The notes below the pieces were generated by a model that was given only the letters and a program-made list of their open reading frames with translations, was not told the origin of the DNA and searched no databases. 64,000 bases of DNA from Terriglobia bacterium (GTDB taxonomy: Bacteria > Acidobacteriota > UBA6911): the NCBI GenBank assembly GCA_963739235.1, contig CAVTZY010000024.1, forward strand, positions 282,123-346,122, in the 5' to 3' direction. Position numbers and translations under genes: made by a program. This document shows positions 30,892 to 41,406 of the stretch, piece after piece (within the stretch, counting starts at the first letter, position 1; each line of letters opens with the position of its first letter).

Positions 30892-32076
30892 ATGAAATCC
30901 TGCCGTTTGTTTATTGTTCTGTCCTTCTGCCTTTTGTTTTCTTTTTCGAGCGAGCGCATCGCCGCGCACCAGCAGAGGATTGCGGGCGATGGGAGCCTCC
31001 TTCTCCCTGGCGCTACACCCGAGCAGGCGGGACAGCAATCGGATAAGATACTGCAGAATCTCGCCGACACGAGTCAGCTGGAACTTACCCGCAAGAGGAA
31101 GCAGCCCGCTCCGATGGCCTTGGCGCAGACCATCTCAGCGCAAGATCAGAATTCAATCAGATTCGATAATGTTCCCTTGCTTCAATTCTTGCGGCAAATG
31201 ATGCGACGGCTCGACATCTCGGTTATTCTCGTGGACAGTAACGTCAAGCTGCAAGGATACGTTACCATTCACAGGGATGCCCCGGTTTCTAGGCAAGAAC
31301 TGCTGAGTATTTTCATTGATGAACTGCGCACCAGTGATGCCGTACTTGTCAAATCGGGAAGCATCATGCAGATTGTCCGCAACTCGCGAGATTTGGGTGA
31401 AGGGTTTGAGCCTGTAACCAGTCCGGCGGAGATTGTGCCGCGCCCCCCGGGCGGTGGCGTGACTATGGGTCATGATCATTGTCCTATTTCTGACTTCATC
31501 GTTCAGATCGCTGATATGTTAGATATCATTCCTCTTGTGATCAGTCCGGCCATTCGTGGAAGTGTTACCCTTTTCGGTGAAGCTGTGATCGGCAGAGAGC
31601 AAGTGTATTCGATCCTGAACACGGTTCTGAAAAATAACGGTGCCCTGATCATCGAGTCTGCCGGTAACTATCAAATCGTTCCGGCTTCCAGAAATGTGCC
31701 GCAGGGATGGAAGATTTTGGACAGCCCGCCTGCACCCTCCCGCAGCTTTCCACGGCATGGCCGCGTTGTGAAACAGGAAGAATTGGAATCCCACATCCTA
31801 ACCCGAGTCGAACCCGCACTTGTGTTCGCAGATGGACGCAGGCTCACCGGAGAGGTGCAGTTGTATATTGCATTGAACGAACGAGGAGAGTTGGAGCTTT
31901 TGCGTGCCATCGCTCCTGCGGCGTTGCCGCTCGCCGAGGCCGCGATTGACGCTGTGAGGCAATGGCATTTCAAACCGTTTGCGGATGCAAACGGATTGCC
32001 CCAAAGAGTTTGGGCTTTGATCACCATTGTGTTCGATGCGCCGAAGCCGAGCCTGCTGGGCACATCTCGCAACTGA
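30892..32076 (+). CDS. Secreted protein with secretin/TonB N-terminal (STN-like) region and TonB C-terminal-like domain
   Basis: 394 aa; signal peptide MKSCRLFIVLSFCLLFSFS; FDNVPLLQFLRQMMRRLDISVILVDSNV resembles STN/secretin_N; C-terminus VEPALVFADGRRLTGEVQLYIALNERGELELLRAI...AIDAVRQWHFKP resembles TonB_C. Confidence 0.45.
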   Translation: MKSCRLFIVLSFCLLFSFSSERIAAHQQRIAGDGSLLLPGATPEQAGQQSDKILQNLADTSQLELTRKRKQPAPMALAQTISAQDQNSIRFDNVPLLQFLRQMMRRLDISVILVDSNVKLQGYVTIHRDAPVSRQELLSIFIDELRTSDAVLVKSGSIMQIVRNSRDLGEGFEPVTSPAEIVPRPPGGGVTMGHDHCPISDFIVQIADMLDIIPLVISPAIRGSVTLFGEAVIGREQVYSILNTVLKNNGALIIESAGNYQIVPASRNVPQGWKILDSPPAPSRSFPRHGRVVKQEELESHILTRVEPALVFADGRRLTGEVQLYIALNERGELELLRAIAPAALPLAEAAIDAVRQWHFKPFADANGLPQRVWALITIVFDAPKPSLLGTSRN

Positions 32077-32453
32077 ATGGCTTGCACGGCTGATCCGCTC
32101 AGGGTTTGTTACATATTTCCAAGCTGGTTCTGGAGAAAAATAGCAGTTTCTGAGGGAAATTTGCGCGAGCAGCTTCTGAGCTTTATCTCCCATCATCGCA
32201 GTATGTTAAGGGAGTGAACCTTAGGTCAGTTGTGGTATAGTGGCCTACACGGAAACTGACATTTAGCCACTGCTGTTCGGCCCAATCAAACGTTCAGTTC
32301 TTTGTTCTGTCGGGACTATTCCCCGGATGCATGCTCCTCAGAGAAGTTGTGCCGAGGATTTTAACGGCCTTATTAGCATCCCCCCCTTGCGCACCTGGAG
32401 TCGTTGCAGGTCAAGAACTTGGTGACCTGTCATGGCAACGCCGAGGACAGAAA

Positions 32454-32774
32454 TTAGCCGAGTCCGGCCAGGATGGAGGTTAGTAGGGACGTGAACCGAG
32501 GCACGACGATGGCCGTCAGCGCCAACACCGCGGCCCAGCCGATTAAGTCCAGGATTTCCGGAAGCAGGGACGGCACGCGTACCGGGAGTTCCCGCGCAAT
32601 TCGATCGTGCACGGCGGAGGCCAGGTCCTTCGGCGCGCATATGCCTGCGAAGGCGGCATCGAATCTCTCGTCGACTTCGGCCCACGCCGCCAGCAGCGCG
32701 TGGCACTCTTCACAGTGAGCGGCATGACCCTCGCTGCCTTCGTTTAATAGCTCTTCCAACTCAGGGCAGGCCAT
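32454..32774 (-). CDS. Putative zinc-finger anti-sigma factor with C-terminal TM helix
   Basis: 106 aa; HAAHCEECHALL (HxxxCxxC) typical of zf-HC2 anti-sigma factors; start overlaps stop of upstream ECF sigma gene. Confidence 0.55.
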   Translation of the reverse strand: MACPELEELLNEGSEGHAAHCEECHALLAAWAEVDERFDAAFAGICAPKDLASAVHDRIARELPVRVPSLLPEILDLIGWAAVLALTAIVVPRFTSLLTSILAGLG

Positions 32775-33355
32775 TATAGAGCCCCTTTCCGCACCCGCTT
32801 GCGGGCCATTTCCTCGGCCAGGCTCTTCCGCGCACGAAACAGGTAGGTCTTCACCGTTCCGACCGGAATGTCTAGCATGGACGCCACTTCATCATACGAC
32901 TTCTCTTGCATGTAAAAAAGCGCTACTACCTGCCGGTACCTGGCAGGCAACCGGTCCAGCAATTCCGCGGCCTCCGGGGGGCCCACGATTGACCACTCGG
33001 CGGCAGCCCGTCGCTCCATCTCGCGGCGCGAGGCAGGTTCGTCGATGGAAACGAACCGGGTGTCCCTTCGCTCCAGGGCCGTGAGGCAGGCATTCCGCGC
33101 AATCGTGTAGATCCAGGTGGAGATCGACGATTCGGCACGAAACCCGGGCAGGCCCTTCCACACCCGGACCAGCACATCCTGGGCAGTCTCCTCGGCGGCG
33201 GCGCGGTCTCCCAACATCGAATAAGCAAGGCGGAGGATCTTATCCTGGTATTCGCGGATGATCCGTTCGAAGTCTTCCGCCATAGCACTATTTAGACCCT
33301 GTCTCAATGAGCCAAAGTTTCGAAACTTCTGCCTTGGGGCGCTAGTCTCAATCAC
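32774..33355 (-). CDS. ECF (sigma-24 type) RNA polymerase sigma factor
   Basis: 193 aa; region 2 (ETAQDVLVRVWKGLPGF...STWIYTIARNACL) and region 4 (YRQVVALFYMQEKSYDEVASMLDIPVGTVKTYLFRARKSL). Confidence 0.85.
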   Translation of the reverse strand: MIETSAPRQKFRNFGSLRQGLNSAMAEDFERIIREYQDKILRLAYSMLGDRAAAEETAQDVLVRVWKGLPGFRAESSISTWIYTIARNACLTALERRDTRFVSIDEPASRREMERRAAAEWSIVGPPEAAELLDRLPARYRQVVALFYMQEKSYDEVASMLDIPVGTVKTYLFRARKSLAEEMARKRVRKGAL

Positions 33356-33370
33356 CAGGAGGAATCAATA

Positions 33371-33853
33371 ATGCTCAATGAAGCTGGATTTTTTCTCATT
33401 CTCTTGATCGCCACTCAGGTGGTCATCTTTGTAGCATTGTACTTCCGTCACCGCAACCTGCAGATGTTTCATCAGGAGCGGATGGCTGCGCTCGAAAAAG
33501 GGACTTCCATTCCGATCGGGCACGCACTGGCGCCATGGTCCCCGCGGGTCTACCTGTTGCGCGGCTTATTGTGGAGTTTTGCGGGCGCTGCCCTGATCAT
33601 CAGCTTGTTGGGCATTGCTGCCGCAACCCGTCGCCCCGAATCTGCTGAGTCCACACTTTGGAGAGCCAAGAGCTTGGCTCAAAGCTTCAATATGTCCGCG
33701 GAAGAGGCAAAACAGATCATCGAAAAGGACCGAGACACCGGTCGGAATGGAATGCCGCGGAGCGTCGCTTTATTGGGCCTCATTCCTCTGGGAGTTGGCC
33801 TAGCCTATCTCGTCTTCTACTATGCGGGCGACATCCGGCGCTCCGATGGATGA
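33371..33853 (+). CDS. Hypothetical membrane protein
   Basis: 160-aa ORF with three hydrophobic helices; divergently adjacent to the sigma/anti-sigma pair. Confidence 0.4.
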   Translation: MLNEAGFFLILLIATQVVIFVALYFRHRNLQMFHQERMAALEKGTSIPIGHALAPWSPRVYLLRGLLWSFAGAALIISLLGIAAATRRPESAESTLWRAKSLAQSFNMSAEEAKQIIEKDRDTGRNGMPRSVALLGLIPLGVGLAYLVFYYAGDIRRSDG

Positions 33854-33984
33854 ATGCGACACGCTACCTTTAACACGAAAGGTGCGCATACCGTCCCGGC
33901 AAAAGCATTGAATTTAGCATGAAAAATGAGGAGCAGGTATAATTGCCGCATAAGGCTGAAATAGAAAGGTTTGCCACCAAAAGA

Positions 33985-34374
33985 TTCCTTGCCGGGCGTA
34001 TTGTGGTCTATACGGAAACTACGATGCGGTCCAGAAACGGCGCTCGGGTAAGTTGGCGACTTGAGAATTCCGGTGTTGGATTCTTCTCGCCAAATCCACC
34101 TGATAGATCGGCGACACTCTCCAAAAACGAGTGGGAGTTTCCACCCTCGGCAACTGTTACAATCCATTTTTTTGGATCTTCAAAATCGACTGATTGTAAC
34201 CAAATTGTCACTATACGTGGTCGAAAAAGGGGCAAAATGAGGCAAAGTGGGATAAGAAGGGAATCGCGCTAAATTACGGTCGGCGAAGGGATTAAGTTGA
34301 TTCTTAACGGTTTATCGAAAACCCCCGATTAGCGTTTCAAGACCGCCGCCTTCAACCACTCGGCCATTCCTCCG
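33985..34374. repeat. Copy C of the ~340-bp unit plus 40-nt tRNA-Ser 5' half (34335..34374)
   Basis: ~95% identical to copy A over ~385 bp. Confidence 0.8.
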
Positions 34375-34510
34375 GAGACTTTAGTGGGAGAGGATGTTAC
34401 GCTTTCCCTATTACAGTTGACGAGCTTGAAAGCTAGAAACTGGAGACGCTCCCTATTTTGCGTATGCCGATCAACTGGGTGGCGATCCTAGTTTCCCTGG
34501 AGGTGCCCGA

Positions 34511-36134
34511 ATGCATCGCTTCGTGATTTCAATAATCCTGGCCGGCGTTGTTTCAGCCGGCATGCCTGGTGCAGCCGTCGGCCAGCGTATTGAAGTTTCC
34601 TTTGCGCCGTCCGCTCACTCGCAACTCATAACCGGGCGCGTCTTCGTGGTCCTTTCGAAAACCGACACGCCGGAACCGCGTTTGCAGGCTGGTGCGTGGC
34701 GGACGTCGGAAACGCCATTTTTCGGCCTCGACGTTCGAGCAATGGAAACCCGGGCAGGCGACGGTAATCGACGCGTCGACGCCCGGCTATCCGCTCAAGA
34801 GCCTCAAGGATGTACCCGCGGGCGACTACTTTGTGCAGGCTCTGGCAAATGTCTATACCCGATTCCAGCGCTCAGACGGCCACACGATCTGGGTCCACAT
34901 GGACCAGTGGGAGGGACAGAAATTCGATCGATCTCCGGGCAACTTGTATAGCGAGGTGCAAAGGATTCACCTGGATCTCGCGGCGGGCCATGATGTGAAG
35001 CTCCAACTCACCAAGGTGATTCCGCCGGTTGACATGCCGCCGGACACGGCCTGGGTAAAGCGCGTGAGAATCCAGAGCAAGCTGTTGACGGAGTTTTGGG
35101 GTCACCCGTTTCTCCTGGGCGCGACGGTGCTGCTGCCGAAGGATTACGACCGGCATCCTGAAGAGCGCTATCCGGTGATCTATGTTCAGGGGCACTTCGG
35201 ACTCGGCGCCCCGTTCGCCTTCAGCGAAAAACCACCCGCGTCCGGGCGTGGGGGGGCGGGCTACGAATTCGGGCAGGAATGGATGTCCGATGGTTTTCCG
35301 CGCATGATTGCGGTGACGTTCCAGCATCCAACGCCGTATTTTGATGATTCCTACGCTGTGAATTCAGCCAATAACGGCCCGTACGGCGACGCCCTGTTCG
35401 GCGAGTTGATCCCGTATCTCGAGCAGCATTTCCGCTTCAGCCGCGAACCCTATGCACGTGTGCTCACCGGCGGCTCGACGGGCGGATGGGAATCGCTCGC
35501 ACTCCAGGTGCATCATCCTGAGTTTTTCGGGGGCACGTGGACGTTTTACCCCGATCCGGTCGATTTCCGGCGCTGGGAAATGATCAACATTTACGAGGAC
35601 CCGAACGCGTTTGAAGTTCCCGGCTTTCAGTACGTCGTCCGGGAACGCCCGATGATGCGCACGGCGGAAGGACAGGTGGTCGAGACCGTGCGGCAGAAGA
35701 GTCAACTGGAGGCGGTGCTCGGAAGCAAGGGCCGTTCGGCCGAGCAGTACATGGCTTGGGAGGCGGTTTACGGACCCGTGGGCGCGGACGGATATCCTGT
35801 GCCGCTGTGGGACAAAGTGACGGGCAAGATCAATCGCGACGTGGCAAATTACATGCGCGACCACGGATACGATCTTTCTTACTTTGTGCGAACGAATTGG
35901 GCCCGGCTCGGTCCGCAGCTGAACGGCAAGCTGCATCTTTACTGCGGCGAAATGGACAACTACCACCTGAACCTGGCGGTCTATCTGTTCGAAGAGTTCA
36001 TGAAGACGACCGATGCAGCCGCGACCTTCGAGTACGGACGGCCCATGAAGGGTCACGGATGGCATCCGATGAGCGATGCGGAGTTAGTGAGGATGATGGC
36101 CGCGCACATCGAAAAGAGCCGGCCCGCCCGGTAG
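34511..36134 (+). pseudogene. Secreted esterase-family alpha/beta hydrolase (putative esterase PF00756-like), copy 1, frameshifted by a 1-nt insertion near 34733
   Basis: Two overlapping ORFs (34511..34951, 34692..36134); compared with the intact paralogue 42172..43875 the sequence ctcgacgttcgagcaatgg has an extra T (ctcaacgtcgagcaatgg in copy 2); motif LTGGSTGGWESL (GxSxG). Confidence 0.7.
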
Positions 36135-36418
36135 TAGTCCCTTCGAAGAATTTCGGATTCTCTGAAAATGAGGGCCGTCTACCTCGTTTGTCAGGATTCT
36201 ATGCGCCGACGAATTGCAAGCCGGGTAACGTAATTGACATCACTGAGAAATTTGAATTATCGTCTCGATCGAAGACAGGCGCGGCGATCAACCTCGATGG
36301 GTCAGACGCCCGGCGACATGAACAATGGGAAAACCCGCGAGGCTCAGCATGGCGGGCGGTGGCGACCGCCCATGCCAATGTGCGGATAATCGAATCCGTG
36401 AGTTTTTGAGGAGGTTTC

Positions 36419-37775
36419 ATGAAGAGTCGGATTGCGATAGGCACCATCATGTTTCTGGTTCTTGCTCTCAGCGCGTCCGCGTTTGCGTCCGGGCCGCTTT
36501 TGTTCGACAAGTCCGAGTATGCCGCCCGCCGGGCCAGGTTGATGGAGAAGATCCCCGATGGCGTGGCGATACTTCTCGGGGCGACTCCCGCCACCGGCTA
36601 TGGCGAATTCGTCCAGAACAACGACATGATGTACTTCGCGGGCGTGGAGATCCCCAACGCCGCCCTGATCATCGACGGGCGGTCAAAGACGAGCACGCTC
36701 TTTTTCACTATCACGGACAGCGGCGCCCGAAACGAGGGGATCAGCCTGGACCTGGTCCACAACGCCGCTGCCGTCACCGGCATCGAGCGCATCTCTGCCA
36801 TCGACCAGTTCACACCGACGCTGTCCAGCCTCGCCGGCTCCGGCGCGGTCCTCTACACGTCTTTCAAGCCCGAAGAGCTGGCCCGCGAATGCTCGGCCGA
36901 GAAGTTCGGCATCGTGCAGAACGCCATGACCCTCAACCTGTGGGACGGCCGCCTGACGCGCGAACTCCAGTTCGTCAAGAACCTCCGCGAGCGTTTTCCC
37001 CAGGTCGTCGGTAAAGGACACCGCGCCCTTCATCTGGGAGTTGCGCTCGATCAAGTCGGCGGCCGAAATCGACCAGATGCGCAAGGTCGGCCGCCTCGGC
37101 GTCGAAGCCCACAAGGCGATGATGCGGGCCACGCGGGTCGGGGCTCCCGAATACGAGATGTCGGCCGCCTTCGAGTACGCCTCCAAGAAGGCCGGCGCGC
37201 GCGATCTTGCCTACAACGTCATCATCAGTTCGGCCGAGAACCACCCCTATCTCCACTACTACCGCCACGATCGCATCCTCAAAGACGGCGACTTCATCGT
37301 CGTCGACGCCGGACCGACCCTGGATTACTACGTCGTAGACATCTCGGCCTCCTACCCGGCCAACGGCAAGTTCACGCCGCGCCAGCGCGAGATCTACGAG
37401 GCCGCCCTGGCGATCCAGGAAGCCTGCAAGCAGGTCTATCGGCCTGGCATCGAGGCCAGGGACGTCCAGCCCCTGGTCCTCGAGATCCTGAAGAAGAAGG
37501 GCTTCAACATCGAGAAGGACCTGTTCAAGATCCGGACGATGCAGACGGGCATCAGCCACAATGTCGGCATGGCCGTCCACGATGTCAGCGCCGGGCCGCG
37601 CGGTCCGCTCCGACCGGGCATGGTGTTCGCGTGCGATATCTACGCCGTCTTTCCCGGGGAAGATCTGGGCGTGCGGGTCGAAGACACGATCGTCATCACC
37701 GAGACGGGCTGCGAGAACCTCACGCCGGGACTGCCCCGGACAGTCGCCGAGATCGAGGCATTCATGAAAAAGTAG
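36419..37775 (+). pseudogene. M24-family Xaa-Pro aminopeptidase (PepP-like) with signal peptide, interrupted by a frameshift near 37010..37040
   Basis: N-terminal domain readable in frame of 36419 to ...RERFPQVVGKG; catalytic domain (ELRSIKSAAEIDQMRKV ... DVSAGPRGPLRPGMVFACDIYAVF ... VEDTIVITETG) is in the frame of 37041..37775; the 502-aa ORF beyond ~aa 200 is out-of-frame Arg/Pro-rich noise. Confidence 0.7.
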
Positions 37776-37802
37776 GGAAAAACGCGGGACGTCCCCGGTT
37801 TC

Positions 37803-40800
37803 CTAATTTCCCCAAAGCAAGTCGAACTCCGTTTGGTATTTCTGGATCGTGGTCGCTCCCGTCAGGAAGAGGGCATTCTCGTAATTCGAGGTTTCCGCCG
37901 AGGCGGACCAGTTATAGCTCCCGGTGAACAGCAGTTTGCCGTCAATGATCATGAATTTATTGTGCATGATCCCGCCGAAGGCACCGCTCATTCGTTTGAG
38001 GTTAAAGCCCAGATGTTCCAGGGTGGTAATTTCGCTGCCCGATCCATCTGCCTGGCTGGCATCCGCAATGATCCTGATGGCGACCCCCCGATTCCTGGCC
38101 GCGATCAGGGCGTCTCGTATGGCATCCGCCGTGAAACTGTATATCGCAATGTCAAGGGTGGCCTGCGCCTTGTTGATCTCGGCGATCAGCCGATCCCGCA
38201 CACCGCCGCCCGGTGAAAACAGCGCAGTCGTTCCCGCCGGTGCGAATCCAGGCTGGCCCACAGACAACGTCGAAAAGACCGACGACGTGTGAAAGCGCAA
38301 AGCGGTCGCCGCCAGGTATCCGGAGGTCAGGTTGATTTCAGCTCTCCCGGAGGGCGCATTTTCGCCGAACAGTTGCCATAAGTAAATCGCAGTGTGGTGG
38401 CTTGGAGCCAAAGAGATCGGCATGGTGCCGAACTCAGTCCCGTCCTTTCTTCGCAGGGTAAGCGTTCCACTGGCGGGAATTGCGCCGGGGTTGGCCAAGG
38501 CGAAACCCGTCTTGAAGCCACCCTCCTCATCGGCGAAAAAATCCATGGAGGAGACCGGGAGTACACCTGGAACTGACGCTTCGGAGAACAGCGTGGATCC
38601 TTTGAAGAATTGAAAAACGGCATTCCCGCCCAAATCAACGCTCGGGTTGGTGGTGACCCGAACCCAACCGGCAACAAAGGATAGTGGCAGACCGGACGTT
38701 GAGACCTTGGCGGAACCATGCGACGGCACCGGGACATCGTGGGAAGTAGCGGCCGCTCCATCGATGATGACGCTGAGGGGCGTGCCGTCATTCCCGAAGA
38801 ACGCCAGTGTGGCAGTAGTCGCTGTGCTGCTGGGGTTCGTAAGAAGGAAGTTTGATACGTATCCACCGCCATCCGCGAACTGCGGGAATATGAAATTCGT
38901 CTGAACCTCCGGCACGCTAGCCGGATCGAGCGGATTCGATCCGAAATTGAATTCATCGAGATTCGTGTACCCGTCGCCATCGGGGTCGGCCGTGTCACCG
39001 GCGATCGAGGGATCCATCTCGCTGGCCCCGAAGTTCACAAACCGCCAAGCATCGAGGGAAACGGCCGGCTGAGTGTCTGACACCTTCAGGATAAGCGTGC
39101 GCGAAAAATGTCCTGCGCTGTTGCTGGCATCCATCACGATCTTCGTGGTCCCGGTCGCTGCGGGAGTGCCGGAGATCAAACCGGAGTTCTGATCCAACGA
39201 CAGTCCGCCCGGCAGTGGGGAGGCGCTATAGGTGATCGGCGCCGTACCGCCGGACGAAGTGATAGTGTAGGTAAATGGGACTCCCACCTGCACGGAGGCG
39301 GTTATCGGACTCGTGATATCCGTGGGCGCCTTAATGTCCGCGGTAACGAATAGCATTTCACTTGCGCTCGTCACGTTGCCCGCGGCATTCGACACCACGC
39401 AGCGATACAGCGTTAGATGGTCGGCCAGAGTGGGCGATGCAATCGTATACGTGGCCGCCGTCGCACCCGAAACGTCCGACATATTCCCGGTGAATATACC
39501 CTTCTGCCACTGGTAGCGCATCGGTGACGCGCTCCAGGCCGCGACCGAGAATGTCGCGGCCTGGCCCGCGAGCACGCGCGACCTCTCTACGTTTCTGATC
39601 ATGATCGGCGCATCGGCCGCGGGAGTCACAGTCAAGGTCGCCCGGGTGCTGGTGATGCTGCCCGTGCCGTTGGCGACCACGACCGTGAAGTTCGCGCCGC
39701 AGTCGGGCGCGATGGCCGCCGGAATCGCGAAAGAGGCAGCGGTCGCGCCTGGGATAATCACCCCATTCTTTTTCCACTGGTAGCTGAGAGGCGGATCGCC
39801 GGACGCGGCAACCACAAACCTGACCGGCTGGCCCGCCGTCGCGATCTGATCCGCGGGCTGGATGATGATGGTTGGGGCCGTGCCCGCGTCCGCCACCGTG
39901 ACGTTCAAAGTGGCCGGGGCGCTGGTAACACTGCCTGAATTGTTGCGCACGACTGCCCGGAACGTTGCCCCGCCGTCGCCGGGCGTGGTCGGCGGGGTGG
40001 TGAACCAGTTCGCGGTCGCGCCCGGAATGTCCTGGCCGTTCTTCTGCCATTGATAGCGCAGTGGCAGGCTGCCTGTAGCCGCCACCCAGAAGCTGGCAGG
40101 CTGCCCGCTGACCTGGATGTTGTCCACCGGCTGTGAAACAATCTTCGGTGAGCCGGGCGAGCCGGCGAGAAACTGGCTGAAGAAAGCCCACACGCCATCC
40201 GTGAAGTCGTAGCCGGTTTGGACGGCCGGCGTCGGATACGTATGGGTGCCACCGATGATGGTAACCAACGCCACCTGCGTGCCATTGCGTCCGCCCCGCC
40301 ACGTCACCTGGCTGACTTTGCCGGGTATCAGGGGCGACGCTTCGCAGGTAGTCACCGGCGTGGCATGCAACAGGCCGTCGACGGCGCGCCATGCGTCCAG
40401 CGTATCCTTCACCATCGTGTACGGCACATTGGTGTCCAGGGTGCCTTGAAATGCGATAATGGGGACGGGCGCGGAAGGGATGTTGGAAGTCAGTCCCATA
40501 AACTCGTCGATCGTGGCTGCGGCCTTGATCATGTACGGCCTTTCGCACGCATAAGCCAGCGACATGTGGCCGTTCTTCGACAGCCCTACGGTGAACACGT
40601 CATTGCAGTTGTCGGAAGCCTTTACTCTCTTGATCACCTCGTCGAGGTAATCAAAGTCCTCGTATCCGGCTATGCGCGGATTGTCGTTGATCCACACCGT
40701 CGCCGGAGTTCCGGAGGAGTTGCCCGAAAACGAGCAGGAGGCCACGACAAAGCCCGCCTGATCGGCCTTGCGATGGAAAATGGCCGGCGCGCTGCCGTCC

Positions 40801-41027
40801 AGGAAAACGATCAGAGGCACGGGCGTGCTCTTGGGAAGATTATCGGGCCGGTAGAGCCAGTAGTATCGGCTCTGCTGGAGCGGCGCCCCGTAGGGATCGG
40901 CTGTGTTCAAGGTGAAATTGAATCGAACGTCCGTCGCGGCATGAACCTGGATCGCGAAGACGATGATACATAGCGGCAGAAATCCTGTTTTCATGAACCG
41001 CTTCCTCCCCGGGAAAATGGGACGCAA
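37803..41027 (-). CDS. Large secreted multidomain protein: N-terminal esterase/PHB-depolymerase-like alpha/beta hydrolase, four Ig-like repeats (PLxYQWxKNG), C-terminal phospholipase-D/Nuc-family HKD domain
   Basis: 1074 aa; signal peptide; repeats SLPLRYQWQKNGQDIPGAT / PPLSYQWKKNGVIIPGAT / PMRYQWQKG; C-terminal HNKFMIIDGKLLFTGSYNWS is a canonical HxK(x4)D(x6)GSxN motif. Confidence 0.75.
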   Translation of the reverse strand: MRPIFPGRKRFMKTGFLPLCIIVFAIQVHAATDVRFNFTLNTADPYGAPLQQSRYYWLYRPDNLPKSTPVPLIVFLDGSAPAIFHRKADQAGFVVASCSFSGNSSGTPATVWINDNPRIAGYEDFDYLDEVIKRVKASDNCNDVFTVGLSKNGHMSLAYACERPYMIKAAATIDEFMGLTSNIPSAPVPIIAFQGTLDTNVPYTMVKDTLDAWRAVDGLLHATPVTTCEASPLIPGKVSQVTWRGGRNGTQVALVTIIGGTHTYPTPAVQTGYDFTDGVWAFFSQFLAGSPGSPKIVSQPVDNIQVSGQPASFWVAATGSLPLRYQWQKNGQDIPGATANWFTTPPTTPGDGGATFRAVVRNNSGSVTSAPATLNVTVADAGTAPTIIIQPADQIATAGQPVRFVVAASGDPPLSYQWKKNGVIIPGATAASFAIPAAIAPDCGANFTVVVANGTGSITSTRATLTVTPAADAPIMIRNVERSRVLAGQAATFSVAAWSASPMRYQWQKGIFTGNMSDVSGATAATYTIASPTLADHLTLYRCVVSNAAGNVTSASEMLFVTADIKAPTDITSPITASVQVGVPFTYTITSSGGTAPITYSASPLPGGLSLDQNSGLISGTPAATGTTKIVMDASNSAGHFSRTLILKVSDTQPAVSLDAWRFVNFGASEMDPSIAGDTADPDGDGYTNLDEFNFGSNPLDPASVPEVQTNFIFPQFADGGGYVSNFLLTNPSSTATTATLAFFGNDGTPLSVIIDGAAATSHDVPVPSHGSAKVSTSGLPLSFVAGWVRVTTNPSVDLGGNAVFQFFKGSTLFSEASVPGVLPVSSMDFFADEEGGFKTGFALANPGAIPASGTLTLRRKDGTEFGTMPISLAPSHHTAIYLWQLFGENAPSGRAEINLTSGYLAATALRFHTSSVFSTLSVGQPGFAPAGTTALFSPGGGVRDRLIAEINKAQATLDIAIYSFTADAIRDALIAARNRGVAIRIIADASQADGSGSEITTLEHLGFNLKRMSGAFGGIMHNKFMIIDGKLLFTGSYNWSASAETSNYENALFLTGATTIQKYQTEFDLLWGN

Positions 41028-41166
41028 ACCGATTTCGCGGCATTATGCCTTTTTAGACTGGACTGAGAAATCACGAAATAGGTTGACGTCACCAGTTTCC
41101 TTTTTGTGGACCAAGACTGTCGATTTCGGCCACGGCCTAAGTCCCCGATGGGTGTAAGATGTCTCG

Positions 41167-41406
41167 GTGAGCCCTACGATCTTCCGCCAGAAGGGTTTTC
41201 GGTTTTTCTTCTTCTCGCGGGAGGAACTCCGTTCGCATGTGCACGTACACCACGTGGAAGGAGAAGCGAAGTTCTGGCTGGAGCCGGAGATTGAGCTAGC
41301 ACAGAACTATGGCCTCACTGCTCGCAAACTGAGCACGGCTCTCGAACTCATCAGGAGGCACGAGCATGAGATCCGCACTGCCTGGAAAAAACATTTCCGA
41401 AGTTGA
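41167..41406 (+). CDS. DUF4160-family small protein
   Basis: 79 aa; FFFFSREELRSHVHVHHVEGEAKFWLEPEIE matches DUF4160 conserved core; paired with DUF2442 gene. Confidence 0.55.
   Translation: MSPTIFRQKGFRFFFFSREELRSHVHVHHVEGEAKFWLEPEIELAQNYGLTARKLSTALELIRRHEHEIRTAWKKHFRS

Noticed and set aside
36325-37927. 229-aa ORF (36325..37014), the second half of the 502-aa ORF (36419..37927) and the minus-strand ORFs 36683..37580
   Set aside because: Out-of-frame read-through of the frameshifted pepP gene. The real catalytic domain is in the frame of 37041..37775.
39358-40973. 396-aa minus-strand and 251-aa plus-strand ORFs inside the 1074-aa multidomain gene
   Set aside because: Alternate-frame or antisense shadows of the Ig-repeat region, with no independent signals.
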